Shown here piece after piece: positions 49,296 through 61,840 of a DNA stretch of 61,840 nucleotides (positions are counted from its first letter, which is position 1; each line of letters begins with the position of its first letter). Source of the DNA: Pelomyxa schiedti (taxonomy: Eukaryota; Protista; Evosea); NCBI GenBank assembly GCA_020536535.1, contig JAHLWZ010000880.1, positions 1-61,840 of the forward strand. The letters run 5' to 3'. The notes beneath the pieces are model-generated. The model saw only the letters and a list, made by a program, of their open reading frames with translations. It was not told the DNA's origin and made no database searches. A program made the translations under genes and the position numbers.

Positions 49296-51387
49296 TCACC
49301 AGCGTATTTTGTTGGTCTTGGAGTCAATTAATTTTACACTGTCTGATTTGAGTGCTGGGCAGGTATTCTCTAGTGTTGGCCTTCTCGTGTATGTAACTCT
49401 CGCAAAGAAAGTAAGCAGGCAGGACACAATTAATACAACGGTCTCCACAGGGTTCAACCACTCGAGAGGGGCATAGTTGAACGTTACACAAATAACAAGC
49501 AGTAAAACGTTGTATAGCAGGGCAATGAGCCCAGTGCTCGTGCCTTCGTTAACAGGAAAGGTTGCTTCTGCTTCCATTTCCAGAAAAATAGGATACATGG
49601 ATCTGTTGGTACAATTTAGTGAGAAACCAGATTATGCAGGTTACCCTTGGAAAAAGCCTGCAAGAGACATAGCAGTAAAAACGTTTGCCATGGAGGATGG
49701 AAGAACAGTGTTGGTGAGAAAGGGTAATGGCAGACTGAGAGATAGCCACAGGAAGCAGGCAATTGCTAATAGAAACTCAGTCATCACTATTACTTTCAAA
49801 CGGGATGGTAGAATCTTAGCCGCAAGAGCACTGCTCAAGAAACACCCAGAGATTGCTGATAGCAGTCATTCGACGTCTCAAAGAAACGGGGAAATACCAG
49901 ATATAACGTTAGAAAATGTCATCCATAGGGATTGCTCCTCACTGAAGTTACACTCAACTAGAAGCTTCTGAATTGATAAAGTCCATCCAGCAGAAACCCC
50001 AGCCTCCAAACCAGCAGCTGAGATTAGCAAGAAAGAGTTCAGTCGCTAAAGGCACAGTTATCAACGCTATATGTAGAATGCGTTTACTTGGAAGCATATT
50101 TGCAGACAACGAATAAACTTCCGCGGAATAAGTGTTTTAACTTTCGGGTATCCGGTATTGGGTGTCTGCTGAAATTAGACAAGTTTGAGGGAACTCGGTC
50201 ATACTGGTAAAGGGGGTCGCTCTGCTAACCGCTGAGTGCGTGCAGCTGGACTTGGGGGATGCATCGGACTGGCCGGGAAAAAAAAGGTTATAAACGCCAG
50301 AGGTACCACGGAAATAGCAACTTCTAGATACAGAAGTTTGGGAACGTCTTTGCTTTCTTTCACTATCAGTTGCCCAAGGACAAAGCCTTGAAGTAGCTGG
50401 TAAGAGAAAGTTGAGTGGAAATAGAATACTTAGAGCTAGCCCCACAGGACTAAAGAAGTAGGCAATAGCTGTCGCCAGTGCACGCTCGCTGTCAGGGAAC
50501 CATGTGCATGATAACTGTGCTACTGACGACATAACTGCAGGACAAGCAAGCGCGACAAGGATTTGTCCTACATGAAGAATTATCTAGGTGGTGTCAAACA
50601 TAAAAGTATCAGGTGTGTTTGGTACCGAGACCCCAGATTTTTGTCTCGAAGTCTCGGAGAGAAAGCACGGAATAGTACGTATACAACAACCTAAGAATAC
50701 AACCCAAACACCACATAGCATACACAGACTGAACATTAAAACCAACAGGTAATTAACATCCTTTACATTCATAAAACAGCGCAGTTGAACAATACAAAAA
50801 TGACAGTACAAGGACACACGAGGGTGCAATATGGGAAACGGGCAGTTAAAAACTAGAAGGTGAATCATTGGGATACAAACCGTAGGCCATTTTGTTTCGT
50901 TAACAGTAAACAGACAAAGGGAGCTACCAGAATGTAAACAACAGGACCCCAGTAAAGCAGAATACTGACGGCAGTGGCACTAATTCCATAGTACTCAACT
51001 ACAGCATCCCCTTTCACTGGTTGGCGGTAGGGGGTTGGAAATAAAAAGAAAACCTAGTGCAGAGGAGAAAGTCAACCTATGGATAGAGGGTGGGGGGAGA
51101 GGTGAATGGCACATAAATGAAGAATACAATTACCAACAGATGCATTGCTCACAAGCAAAGTAAGCAAAAATACTCAAAATGTACCATCTCTTCTTCTCCA
51201 CTTTAATTTTTGTTCTGTTTGGCTTTTAAGGAGAAAACAGCAATAAAAAAAACTCTACAAACTTGTATGTGCTTGCCAAAAGTGGCGTAGCAGCAGGAGT
51301 TGCCAGTCTTTGTATTGGCGAGGGCGGTGTGACGATAATTGCATCCGGCGTGAACGCATCTGTGATTGTCTTCTTCGAGGAGGGCAT
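49296..51387 (-). CDS. MFS transporter, FLVCR/SLC49-like (paralogue of 3813-6098)
   Basis: KRWYI.., LSCTWFPDSERALAT, LYFPGQS, YPIFLEMEAEATFPVNEG. Confidence 0.85.
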
Positions 51388-51517
51388 CGTTGTCACTATT
51401 TGATTTTTTATGTGTTTCTTTTCAGGAGGTGCCCAGATCGCGGCATCTGAAACGTCAATTTTCACTTGAAATTGATGCTTAAGCGAAAAACGACATATTC
51501 AAAAGATTGACAATACA

Positions 51518-54500
51518 TCAGGGGTTTTGGTTTTGATTGGCAGGTTGGGAGGGAGTGGCGTCAGTGGGAGCAGGCGGGCTGGGATCTTTTTCAGTTGTAG
51601 GAATGTTGCTCGGGACTTCTTCCTTCGTGGTGTTGCTTGATGAAGGAACGGGCGTAGGTTCTGGGGCTACTGTTGCTATTGCTATTGCTGTTGGTGTAAT
51701 GGAAGGGGATGGGATTTTTTTGGTATCAGGGGTAACTGGGGGTTGTGGTGTTGTTTGTTCCGATTGGGGCGAGTCTGCTTTGGGAACAGGCTGTGTTGCT
51801 TCCACACTTCCTGGTGCTGTTGATACTGGGGATGCGGATTTGACAGTGGGGTGTGAAGACACTGGCTTGGGTATTTGTTGTGGTGTGGCCAAAGCCGGGT
51901 CAGTTACTACGGGTACAGAGGTTAAGGCAGGAATTGTTGCTGGGACATTGTGAGGCACCTGTGTTAGCTTAGATTGAAAAAGTTTGAAAAAGACGCTAGT
52001 ACAACCGGCTTCGGATCAAATTCCGGGAAGAAAGCTTAGATCACTGAGAAAAAACCCACACAAACGATTTAAGATTACATACACAAATCAACTTCGGGCT
52101 CATCTTGCCTGTAATTGTAATCAATAGATGAAATACATTCAAATGGAGGAAGTTACAAGCGCTGATATGCAAACATAGGGTCTTCAAGGAAATTTTCTTC
52201 ATCTGAAAGGAAGGAATCGGGTGCTTCGCCCTGTGGGAAGGGGTATTAATGTTCTTCCCAGCTAATGTAATAGAAAGCGTGCTTGAGATAAAGTGGTCTG
52301 CCTAGTGTTCTCCGTGTGCGCATCAGGGTCGGAAGAAACATCAGACAATAGAGGCGGGGACTCGGAACCGTATGTGGCAGCCCGGCTGTGGCTATCACTG
52401 ATCATACTCTCATTGTCATGCCTTGCAAAAGCTCAGTGAAGAATAAAAGGGAGGTATGTAACCCTTGAGATGGAGAGAGCTTCAATAAACCTAATTTTGG
52501 AAGTATTTGAATACTATTGTTTAGAGGTGTAGCTTACCTGTGGGCTCTGTTTGTTGTTGCTCTTCCGAGCAAGTCTCGTTCACTCGCTGAATGACTTTGT
52601 TGTAAATAAGAGTGTCATAGAGGGCGTCAGATACTTCCCTCAATAACTTTTGGTAGCAATCTAGAGCTGATTGACCCTTTGAAGGTCAAGTGATATTACG
52701 AAGAGGAGGACGATACCTGCGCCGAGAAAACAATTTCTTTCAACGTGGATAGAAGTGATTGGTCCTCTAAATAAATATTTAGAGTGGGTAATTTCGAAAT
52801 GAGATTACCTGACACTGTGGGAACTTGGGCAAGAACGGAAAACATTTTATCACAGTCCTTGGGAGTAAAAATGTGGCTGCTTTCGGCACCAGCGCTACCA
52901 GAATCAGACATAAGAGACAGCATCTCAAGATTAAATTTTCTAATGATAATCTGTTTTGTTTAGTTAAAGCAAGCAAGGAGGGCTCTGTACCTCGTTTTCT
53001 ATTATTTCACCCTTGTACTGGCTTGCTATTCTGTCCATTTGTTCTTTGCTTATATCAGCAGTTATGGGCTCTCCTTGCTAAATTCAAATTAAAATTTAAT
53101 TTGGGCATAGATAAGCGAGATAAAAAGATAAGTACTCGTACATCAGGGGGTAAAGAATCCTTAAATTTGTCTGTTAAATGAAGCTAAACAGCTTCTTGTT
53201 ACCTTTATAGAGTTCTCATCTGCTTGTGTAGGTTTGGTAGAACACCTTCATCACAAACTATTAGAATGAAGATGAAAAAGTTAACTCCTACTCTTCAGGG
53301 AGTGGCAGTGCATTTAAAATTCCCTGGCAAGTCGCGATCAGTTGGTTCCCTAATTTCACGGTGACTGTTTATAGCATTAGGGAGTGAGACGTGCTTACCA
53401 TCAAGACCACGTAGCCGCTTTAATAGTGGGAGTAGAAATCCCGCCTTTTCTCGAGAAGCAGTGTGAATTCTCCCTGGTGAAGGCCTTTGAACAGTACATG
53501 ATCTTGCACATAAGAATGCTTCTAGTTGATCTAGTTCTGAAGCAACAAAAGCACAATCCAGTCTTTCTTGCGACTGCCAGGCGTCATTTTCTGATGATAG
53601 GGCATCAAAAGACCTAGGTGCAGAACTTTTTGCTTGTTTTGGTGGGATTCTGTTCGTATTTCCACGTTTTGGTACTACTGCTTTGGGGGCAAGGGGGTTG
53701 GTAATCTTAGAGGCGGAGTTGCGCACAGAGGGCACATTGGCGTGTCCACTCGTTGAGCGGTGGTTTGGTGCAAGCGGTTTTATCTGCACAGGAGGTGCGT
53801 ATCTAGTGTCAGGTGCATACTCTGGAGTTGCACTTTCACTGCAAAAGATGTAGTGAGAAACCTGATGCTCTTAATTAAAAATTGGTAAATACCCTGATGA
53901 CTCTTCATCAAAGAGGTCCTTTTTTGTGTTAAAGATTAAAAAAGGGGTTACCCAAGCACACCTCACAGAACTGGGCAAAAAAGGTAGAATAAAAATTCCG
54001 CCTCTTATTTTTGGGGAGAGATTTAGCATACGCAATTGCCAACTGAAGATCCTACACAAACTATAAGTTAAATCGAAGGTAGAGAAATGTGCTTTCTACC
54101 TGAGAATAAGAAGATTTTTGCTTTCCAGATTGCTTGAGCCCCTGCTGTTTTGTGTTTACTGCATTCATTTTGCTTCTATATTTATGAGCATATAAACAGT
54201 TTGATAAAACTCCCACCTTAATGAATGCATTGCGTCTTGTACATGGTAAATAGACTTCTCACTTTGAGCAAGGAGTGATCTCAAGTTATTAAATCGTTCC
54301 TATTTCTATAAGTGCTGTAGTGGTATTTCATGTTGGTTGCGGACCCGAACGGAATGAATTTCTTTCATTTGAGCCTTCAACTCCAAGTGTAGGCGACGCT
54401 CTTGTTCACTTGCTTCCAGGAGAGCTTTTTTCTGGACAACTGCAATTGGCAAAAAAGGAAAAAGTGGTGGGATCACACATGCTTGTTCTCGTTGATGTAC

Positions 54501-56238
54501 TCCCTTGTGTGAGGCAAAATATCTCGGATATTTGACTGGGAATTTCCTTCCACACCATGTCGGTCTGTGGAAAAAGAAATAATGTAACAGACTAAATATT
54601 GCATGGAAAGTACCTTTACCACGTACAACCTCTGCTGCCACAACACCTTGGAGCGGAAGTGTGAATTTTAGATTCTTTTATTGAGGGAAAGGCAACTCAC
54701 GGTGTTGGTGCAAAACATCCGAATTTCTTGAAAATCTTGGTTCGTCAGGTTCTATTTGGCCGTTCAAAAAATTTTGCAGAAAATTGTGTACAAAAAAAAA
54801 ACTTACGAGAGGCCTGGTGCATTCGAGTATAATTCTATAACGACGTTAAAGTTAACACTACATTTGAATGAAAAGTAAGAACCTTAATTTGCTTATTCCA
54901 CAAAGGTGATTCACCCTGTGTCACATTGCGTCTTCCTCCAGGCTGTGGTTGATCTGGTGATGTTTGAGTTGCAGTAGAACGGATTGGTGCGTCTGCGGCT
55001 CTCTCGACATGCCACTGTGGCATGTGTGAGTGTGTAGTATGATGGGGAGCAGCACTCCTAAACAGTCCCTTATGGTTTGGCTCTGCCGGCAGACTAAATA
55101 AACCTATTCCCCCATTCCCTCTTCCTTTTCGTCCAGAGAAGAGTTTTGTCTGAAGGTCTAACTCATTTTGTCTCTTCCTCAGCTCGGCATGGGCGGCATT
55201 TATCTCAGTTACACACTTTTGATGCTCAGCTTCCAGTTCTGCCAATTTTGAAAGCATTTCTGCTTTGGCAGCGGAATCCCTTCCTCCACGGCCAGCTGGT
55301 GCAGAGATTTTTGGTGCACATAAATTTTTATTACTTGCCGGAACAGTAAGTGTAGAACCTACAGCGGGCATGCTACCAACAAGGTGTGACATCCAATCGC
55401 CACCAATAATACCTCGGCCACCCCCTTCGTGAGTTCCCGGTTTCCGCCCATAAACATGAGCTGGTTGAGCAGAAGTAATACTTGGTTTTGGCCAGGTGCG
55501 CATCAAGCTTGAAGTCTTCGCCAGAGCATTTGCCCGCGCAGCCGTTGGCAAAAGTGCTCCTCGGCTTCCGCTCGTGGGTACAAAGGTACTATTACCTCTT
55601 GCCTGCGGAGCCCCGGCGCTTCCATCCTTCTCCATTGCGCTATCCTTGTTTCCAGTCCTGCTTGCCTGGGCCTCTTGCCCCTCAACAACCTCGCCCTCGC
55701 TGACCTCCCCCTGCCTAGCTTGATCCCCCTCGTTCGCGTCGTCGTCTCCCACAATCTCCACGTGGCCTTCCTCTTCGTCGTCTTCGTCCTCCTCCTGCTC
55801 TCCCTCGTCCTCCTCCACGTCCCCCTCGCCACCCTCGTCGCCCTCGTCGCCCGCGGCGCCCTGCTGGTCGGCGCCCGGGTTCCCAACCCCGTCGTCGTCG
55901 TCCTCTTCCTCCTCGCTGTCCAGCACGTCCTCCAGCTCGTCGTCGCCCTCGGCGATCCCCTCGGTGTTGCTGACTCCCTCGTTGTCCGCCGGCGTGGAAA
56001 TCCCGCCCGCCGCCGCGATCGCCGACCACGCCCGGTTGTTCCCGCCGGAGTATTGCTGCCGACGTTGCTCGTAGCTGTACTGCTGGGGCGGGGGGTGCTC
56101 CGGCTGCAGATCGTCCTCAATGGCCTCCTCGTAGTCGGCAGATCCACCGTCGTCCCCGGATATAACCAGCGTGCCCTCTTCCCCCACGATCTCGTTGGTC
56201 GGAGACGGTACGTATCGCCTCGACCTACTACCGTCCAT
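51518..56238 (-). CDS. Large hypothetical protein with acidic N-terminus, coiled coils and Pro/Thr-rich C-terminus (may be more than one gene)
   Basis: Chain of same-strand ORFs separated by short GT-AG introns. E/D-rich tract, heptad-like LAELEAEHQKCVTEINAAHAELRKRQ. No recognised domain. Confidence 0.55.
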
Positions 56239-56543
56239 TTTGTGTTGATTTTATTTTGTTGATTTGTTGCTTCAAGGGGAAAGAAGTTTCTGTGGTTTTT
56301 TTTCTTTTTCTTTTGTTTTTAGGGGCCCACACGAGACAGGAGTACCCGGCGAGGTTGTCATTTTGTGGGATTCTTGTGCCGGAATGAAAACCCGGATCAT
56401 CTGTGATCACTTGATCTTGGGTACATAAAGGGTGTGTTAATCGACTTGTATCATCGTTCCTCCTTCACTAAATAGTTAAAAAATACCGGTTTTTGAAATT
56501 AAACTTAACATCAAGAGTGATAGGACGGAGCTTTTCGTTTGAA

Positions 56544-57514
56544 TCATGAGGAAATCTTTTCAAGTATGAAAGCAGTGATGGGGTGGTCAAATGCGTAGAG
56601 CCCCTCAGTCAGGGTGGCATTGGCAAAGAAGAGTTGTTGTATCAATTCCTTTTTTTCCACTAGGGGTTTCTCAAAATCGGGGTCAACATTTTTGAAATAT
56701 GTCTCCTGTGACACATTAGTAAAATGAGAAAAGGCATTATTATTGATGGGACAATATCGGCATACAAAAGCTTCATAATTTGGAAATGCAATAGGTTGGA
56801 AAAAGTCCTCTTGTCGAATACACTTGAATAGTGTGCCAGATGCCAATTCTACATCCAGTCCAGCAAAAGTAGTTGCTTTAAGAGCTGAACAGTCCTCAAT
56901 CTGTCTCACAACCTAGGAGCAACAGCATTACTAGTTGATAAAGCCTGTAAATCTTACAGGTGTCAGACGGCCCTCTGCCCGAGACTCATGCACATAAATT
57001 ATCCCAGATGGCTTTAATACCCTGTGCATCTCCTCTATATGGTATTAGAAATGTTCCATAACTAACTTGGTAAGAAATGTAGGGTGTTATGCATACGAAA
57101 AACTGCGTGCACATCACCAGAGTGGTGTAAACTGCCAACATTTTGTCAGTAACTCCCACCAAAAAAAGCGTATACCTGTTGAAGAATGTACATACGTCCA
57201 CACTCTCGTTAGGCAAAGGGATGCTGTATGCCGACATTAATGAAATGAAATTTAATGTCCAAAGAGAAGTTTGTCTATTACTGGGTTTATACCAACCTTT
57301 GAGCCGATCCCAACCTGAATGCCACGCCTGGCCATTTCTGCAAAGCCGACGACAACGATACCTGCTTTGGGTCCACGCCAGTGACCGACAGGGCCGTAGT
57401 TTTGGTCCTCATGAATCCGCACATGTCTCCGGTTCCGCACCCAACATCTACCACATTTTTCCCAACAAAAGACACCAACGACACCAGCGCCGCGTCCCTC
57501 GACAACCTCTTCAT
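56544..57514 (-). CDS. Class I SAM-dependent methyltransferase
   Basis: VVDVGCGTG, VTGVDP, GSAQ..IPLPNESVDV. 3' end approximate. Confidence 0.85.
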
Positions 57515-58106
57515 ATGGATCTTGCCCCGGCTTGTTTATTGTTGTATTGTGCTGGCAATACCAAACGCGATCTCAGCACATTTTGAACACGTCGAAGAGA
57601 CACGTGCGTGGAGCTGTGGATCTGGTGTGCACGTCCGCGGAGTTCCACTTTTTGTTGAATGATTGATGGAGAATCTGTAAGATCTGCAACTGTGGATGTT
57701 TTCTATTTTTTTTTTCTGCGAGATCGATCTATTTTGTTTGACAAACAAAGTGGCAACAAGCCGGTGATACTTGTCCTGCCCGGACAACAACACAAAAGGA
57801 ATCAATGGAAGAAGAAGAAGTCCGTCTGTTATCGCAAGATTGGGCTGGTCCTCCCCTCTCCACGGGGGATGTAAATATCGTCATTCACGAAGAACAACCA
57901 GATGTAAGTTCGAACTCTCATCTCTATTTTATTTTGTTTTACGAGGGTGCACGATACAAACGCCACCGCCACAGGCCAAAATAATAACATAAAACAATAA
58001 AAATACATAAACCTAATAACCACTTTCTCAACGTTCCCATGTCAGGAGACTGTGTTGTCTCGAAAAAGATCCAGGGAATTTTCTGTCGCCGTAGCCCCGG
58101 GTTCTC

Positions 58107-61100
58107 ATGTGTGATCCCGTAATTGCCATCTCGCACCAAGAACAGCAAGTTCAGGAGCAGGCGGTGGCCAAAGGCCACCAAGAACGAAGTGACCTGACTC
58201 ACAACTGGGAGTCAGACCCTGACCCCCAGCCCCAGTCTCCAGTGACAAAAAAGTTACGAAATGACTCGGAGCCGCTCCCTCATCCTCAACCACCTAGCGA
58301 GCGTCCCCCTCCCATAACTCTCTCTCAAGGCCACGACCCAGCCGAAGATGAGGAGATCCCCGCGACGCAGCCCCGTCCCCCGGTTTCTTTTCCCCTTGAA
58401 AAACAAACAAAGTTCTCATTCCACGAACACAGAGGCGCCCACAGCCGCTTGACGAGGAAGACAACTTATCCAGGTGGGGTTACCTTCCCTGCACCCCCGC
58501 TCCCGTTCCTGGTGCTACCGGCTGGACCCTGCAGTCCATTCCCCAGCACATTGGCCCGACACCCGCTGCTCCCGCAGGAGGCGGTGCCGCCGATAAGGGC
58601 GAAGACGAGGACGAGGATGAGGACGACGGGCACTGGGAGGAGCCCGGCCTTGTGCAATACAGCGGCTCCCAGGCCGCGGTGCGCAATGACAGGTCCGATT
58701 ACGAGGATAGGATAGCCGAGATGTATCGGCCTGAGCCCGAGCACGAGCCCGAGCCAGTTGTTCAGCCGCCAAAGCCTTGGTGCAGGATAGATCACAAGAC
58801 AGGCCCCGGCGAGAATGACAGGGTCACGGTGAAACTTATTACAAGTGAGTGTGTGCCCTGGGGCTGGATTGTGGGATAATAGTGACAGATTATATATGTT
58901 GTAATAAAATAAGCCCAGCCATTTACTTCACTAACCATTTGATGATATAGAGGATTGTGTCACGTTTGGGTCAGGAGATGACATGGATGTAGTTTGGAAA
59001 AACCCAAGTGTTGCGGATCAGCACTTCTGTCTTAGGCGGCTGACAAAGTGGGCCAAAGAAGTACCACAGGTTCGTGAAGGTGAGACTCGTTGCTGCGGTC
59101 TAGTAGAGTATGTGCAACCCCAAATTGAACTCTCAATTGTTATTTCACGAAGCTAACTTTGTTTCTTCAGGTGCTATGCTGAAATGTCCATTGCGGGAAA
59201 GCAGTATGATTTAGGTGCTGAAGTGGTTGTGTATGGAAAAGATGAGATCAGGGTTGAAGATCAATGTATGGGCACAGGTCAAGTTTTTGCACTAATGTTG
59301 AACAGGTTTTATTTATGTAAATTTTCCAAAGAAAAAGACAATTATGTGTGGCGGTCCTTTGAAACCACGTCGACTCCTTGGCCAGTACTTCCACCCAACC
59401 CTTTCTTTTTTTAAAAAAACCTTCCTAGTGGGGCGTTTGCCCAAGTGTGGACAGCTTCTTGTCTTCCCTTGGGAAAGGAAATCAATGCTGTTCTTAAGGT
59501 TGATTACTGTCTTACACATCCACTCTTAAGCTTAACACCTTTATTTTTAGGTAACGAGTATCTATGACTTCACAACACATGCTCCTCCTCCGCCTGAATT
59601 TACAATTGAAATGGAGTCAAACATATTACACAAGTAGCGATCTTTTTTTCAAACCTGCCTGTCTAACACCTTACAGTTTGACGGTTGTGCATCATCACCC
59701 AAATATTCCCAAGTGGATAGGGGCACGTAAAGGCAAAAAACACTTTTTCCTAGCAATGGAATTGTATGACACTCCTCCACAACGAAGGAAAATTAAGTTT
59801 CTCTCAGTATTCCTGGACGATCATTGAAGGCTATAGTGGAAGAGTTGGAAGCAAACACGAAAACAAATACAAGCCACAAGAAATACTTACCAGAGTTCCA
59901 GATCAGGAACATTAGTACACAGCTCTTCTCAGCCTTGCGCCACATCCATTCTCTGGGATTTACACACCGGGATGTAAAGGTGTGCAACACTATTTTATAA
60001 TCTTTACTCAAAGTAACAGCCGGAAAACATAATTCTGCGAGAAAACCCTGAAGGTGTTCATGTTAATGAGCAAACTCCAGAAGTGCACACCGCTTATTTA
60101 CTTGACTTTGGGTTTGCACATGAAACAAAGACAATGACAACAAGACCTGGGACCCCGCGATATAAATGTTACGTTACCTTTTAAAAACTGTCCGAAACTA
60201 ACAAAACTACAGCACCAGAACTTTTCGGTGAACAGCACTACAACGAGCAGGTTGACATGTATTCAATGGGTGCAGTGCTGTATTACATGTATTCATTTCT
60301 CTTGTATCCCTTTGTCTTAAGTAACGAATAGGTTCTCAGGTGGCACACCGCCTTATCAAAATGGTTGTACTCTGGAAATTCAAGACCACAAAATCGAGCC
60401 AAATTTTTATTCTGATCCGTGGCCCAAAGTTTCCTTGGAAGGTGTTCTTCTTCTTTTTGAGGATTGGCATACCGACTCTTTTTAGCAAAAGCACTTTTAA
60501 AGAAGTTGCTGAGTGTTGACCCAGCACACAGGCCTACTTCCACAAATATCTTTGAAGAGCCATGGATCAAGAATCCACTCCAGCCAGTGACCGAGAATGA
60601 ACACACTGCCCCTACCAAGACTGTTCAAATTGCATCTGGTAGCAGTTCCATTTCACTGAGTGCATCCATTGTAGAACGGGAGGCACACCCCAAAAAAGCC
60701 AGCCAACAGCGAGCACCACCAGCCAGCCAACATCAACTGCCACCATCCAGCCAACAGCAACCACCTCCTCCCCCGCAAATCTTTGATTTACCGGCTTTTG
60801 AGGAGGGCAACCTCCTAAGCAACATCCCTCGGCAAGAGGTTCATCAACATTCCCACACGAAATCCAGAGAACAACACCACCACCACAAAGTGGCTCAACA
60901 AGTACAAGGTCAGAGGCCCACCCACCACCACACCCAGCCCAAAGCACCCCAGAAAGACCAAATTCCGCCGTCACAGAAGCATCAAAGTAAGACCACACGC
61001 CCTCTTGAAGGAAACATCGCGTCTCCTCAGCAAAAAGACACACCCTGCCCTCTGCCCTATTTGCAGCAAATACAAAGCCAAAAACTCGCAGCTCCTCAGA

Positions 61101-61615
61101 CAACCCAAGTCCCCCCACTCCCGCAAACAGATGTGATCTGGGAGCTGGACCAGGTCGAACCACTTACGCAGGAACTCCCAGACCCTCCTCCGCCTCCCCA
61201 GAGAGACAAACACGCTCGCAAGCCCAATCCCATGCACCAACGCAAACTGCATCCTACAGAACCCGAGCATCCCATGCACCAAAGCCAGTGGCATCCGACA
61301 GAACCCGAGCACAATCTCATGCGCCAAAGCAGGCGGCATCCAACAGAACCCGCACAGTATTCCCGGGATCCAACAGGTACAGAGCTGGCTTTCGACAAAC
61401 GACCGGTGGCAGACCAAATGCTCCGCTTCAGACTAAAGATGACGCCAAGACATACCATTCCCCCACATCTGCTAACAACTATTAGCGGGAGCAACAAGAG
61501 CCGCCACCATCATCACCATCACAGACACACTCCCCGTCAAAGTCCCAACCACAACCAACCCAGTCCCCAGCCCGACATCATTGATGACTTTGAAGACCCC
61601 AACAGGCCTGCCTAA
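58107..61615 (+). CDS. FHA-like domain + CAMK-type Ser/Thr kinase (Chk2/Fhk-like) with Q/P/H-rich tail
   Basis: FHA-like CVTFGSGDDMDVVWKNPSVADQHFCL. Kinase GAFAQV, HPNI, HRDVKPEN, LLDFGFA, GTPRY.APE, VDMYSMG, DPAHRPT. Confidence 0.82.
61230..61355 (+). repeat. Coding tandem repeat of about 13-14 aa (MHQ...HPTEP) x3
   Basis: PMHQRKLHPTEPEH, PMHQSQWHPTEPEH, NLMRQSRRHPTEP. Confidence 0.8.
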
Positions 61616-61840
61616 AACCTTATGGGAGTAAGGAATAGTTCTGGAAGTCCTTTCACATTGTACAGTTGAGTGGAAAAGAAAATGTCTCGTGAAAACATTA
61701 TTATTTGTGGAGGATTGTTATGCAAGGTTCTTTTAAGTTTAGGAAGACTTCTTCACCAAGGCAATCATACTGAAGCGAAGTTCTTCACCTTCTAGCGCTA
61801 TCATGGCCTTAATAACACGGGCAGTGTCCTGTTACAAAGT

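Noticed and set aside
1-61840. Stop-codon reassignment explaining the fragmented ORFs
   Set aside because: In the conserved genes (hcp, kinases, phosphatase, Rab) the stops fall inside short GT-AG introns, and TAA, TAG and TGA are all used as true ends.

Overview
Compact, intron-dense eukaryotic DNA. Introns are mostly about 40-70 nt GT-AG with weak donors, and there are several micro-exons and at least one GC-AG intron. A hybrid-cluster protein, a cAMP-receptor-like GPCR and an Shk-like TKL kinase suggest an anaerobic amoebozoan, possibly a Pelomyxa-like archamoeba (inference only). About 23 protein genes and two divergent tRNA genes (Gln-TTG and intron-containing Ile-TAT) were reconstructed by eye, so exon boundaries are manual and approximate. 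The standout is a multi-exon gene at 7956-10795 that the ORF track does not show intact. It encodes three tandem repeats resembling the NAD+-binding Ia subdomain of NAD-dependent DNA ligases, then a WWE domain, an F-box-like motif and a C-terminal Vint-type Hint (intein-like autoprocessing) domain. Also notable: three domain-shuffled Cys-rich surface-protein paralogues (modules ABC, AC and BCABC, possibly ZP-like), a Cache-HAMP receptor with an apparently inactive bacterial-type cyclase domain, a FANCE-like gene, a MINDY-3/4 deubiquitinase and a Chk2-like kinase with a degenerate FHA domain.
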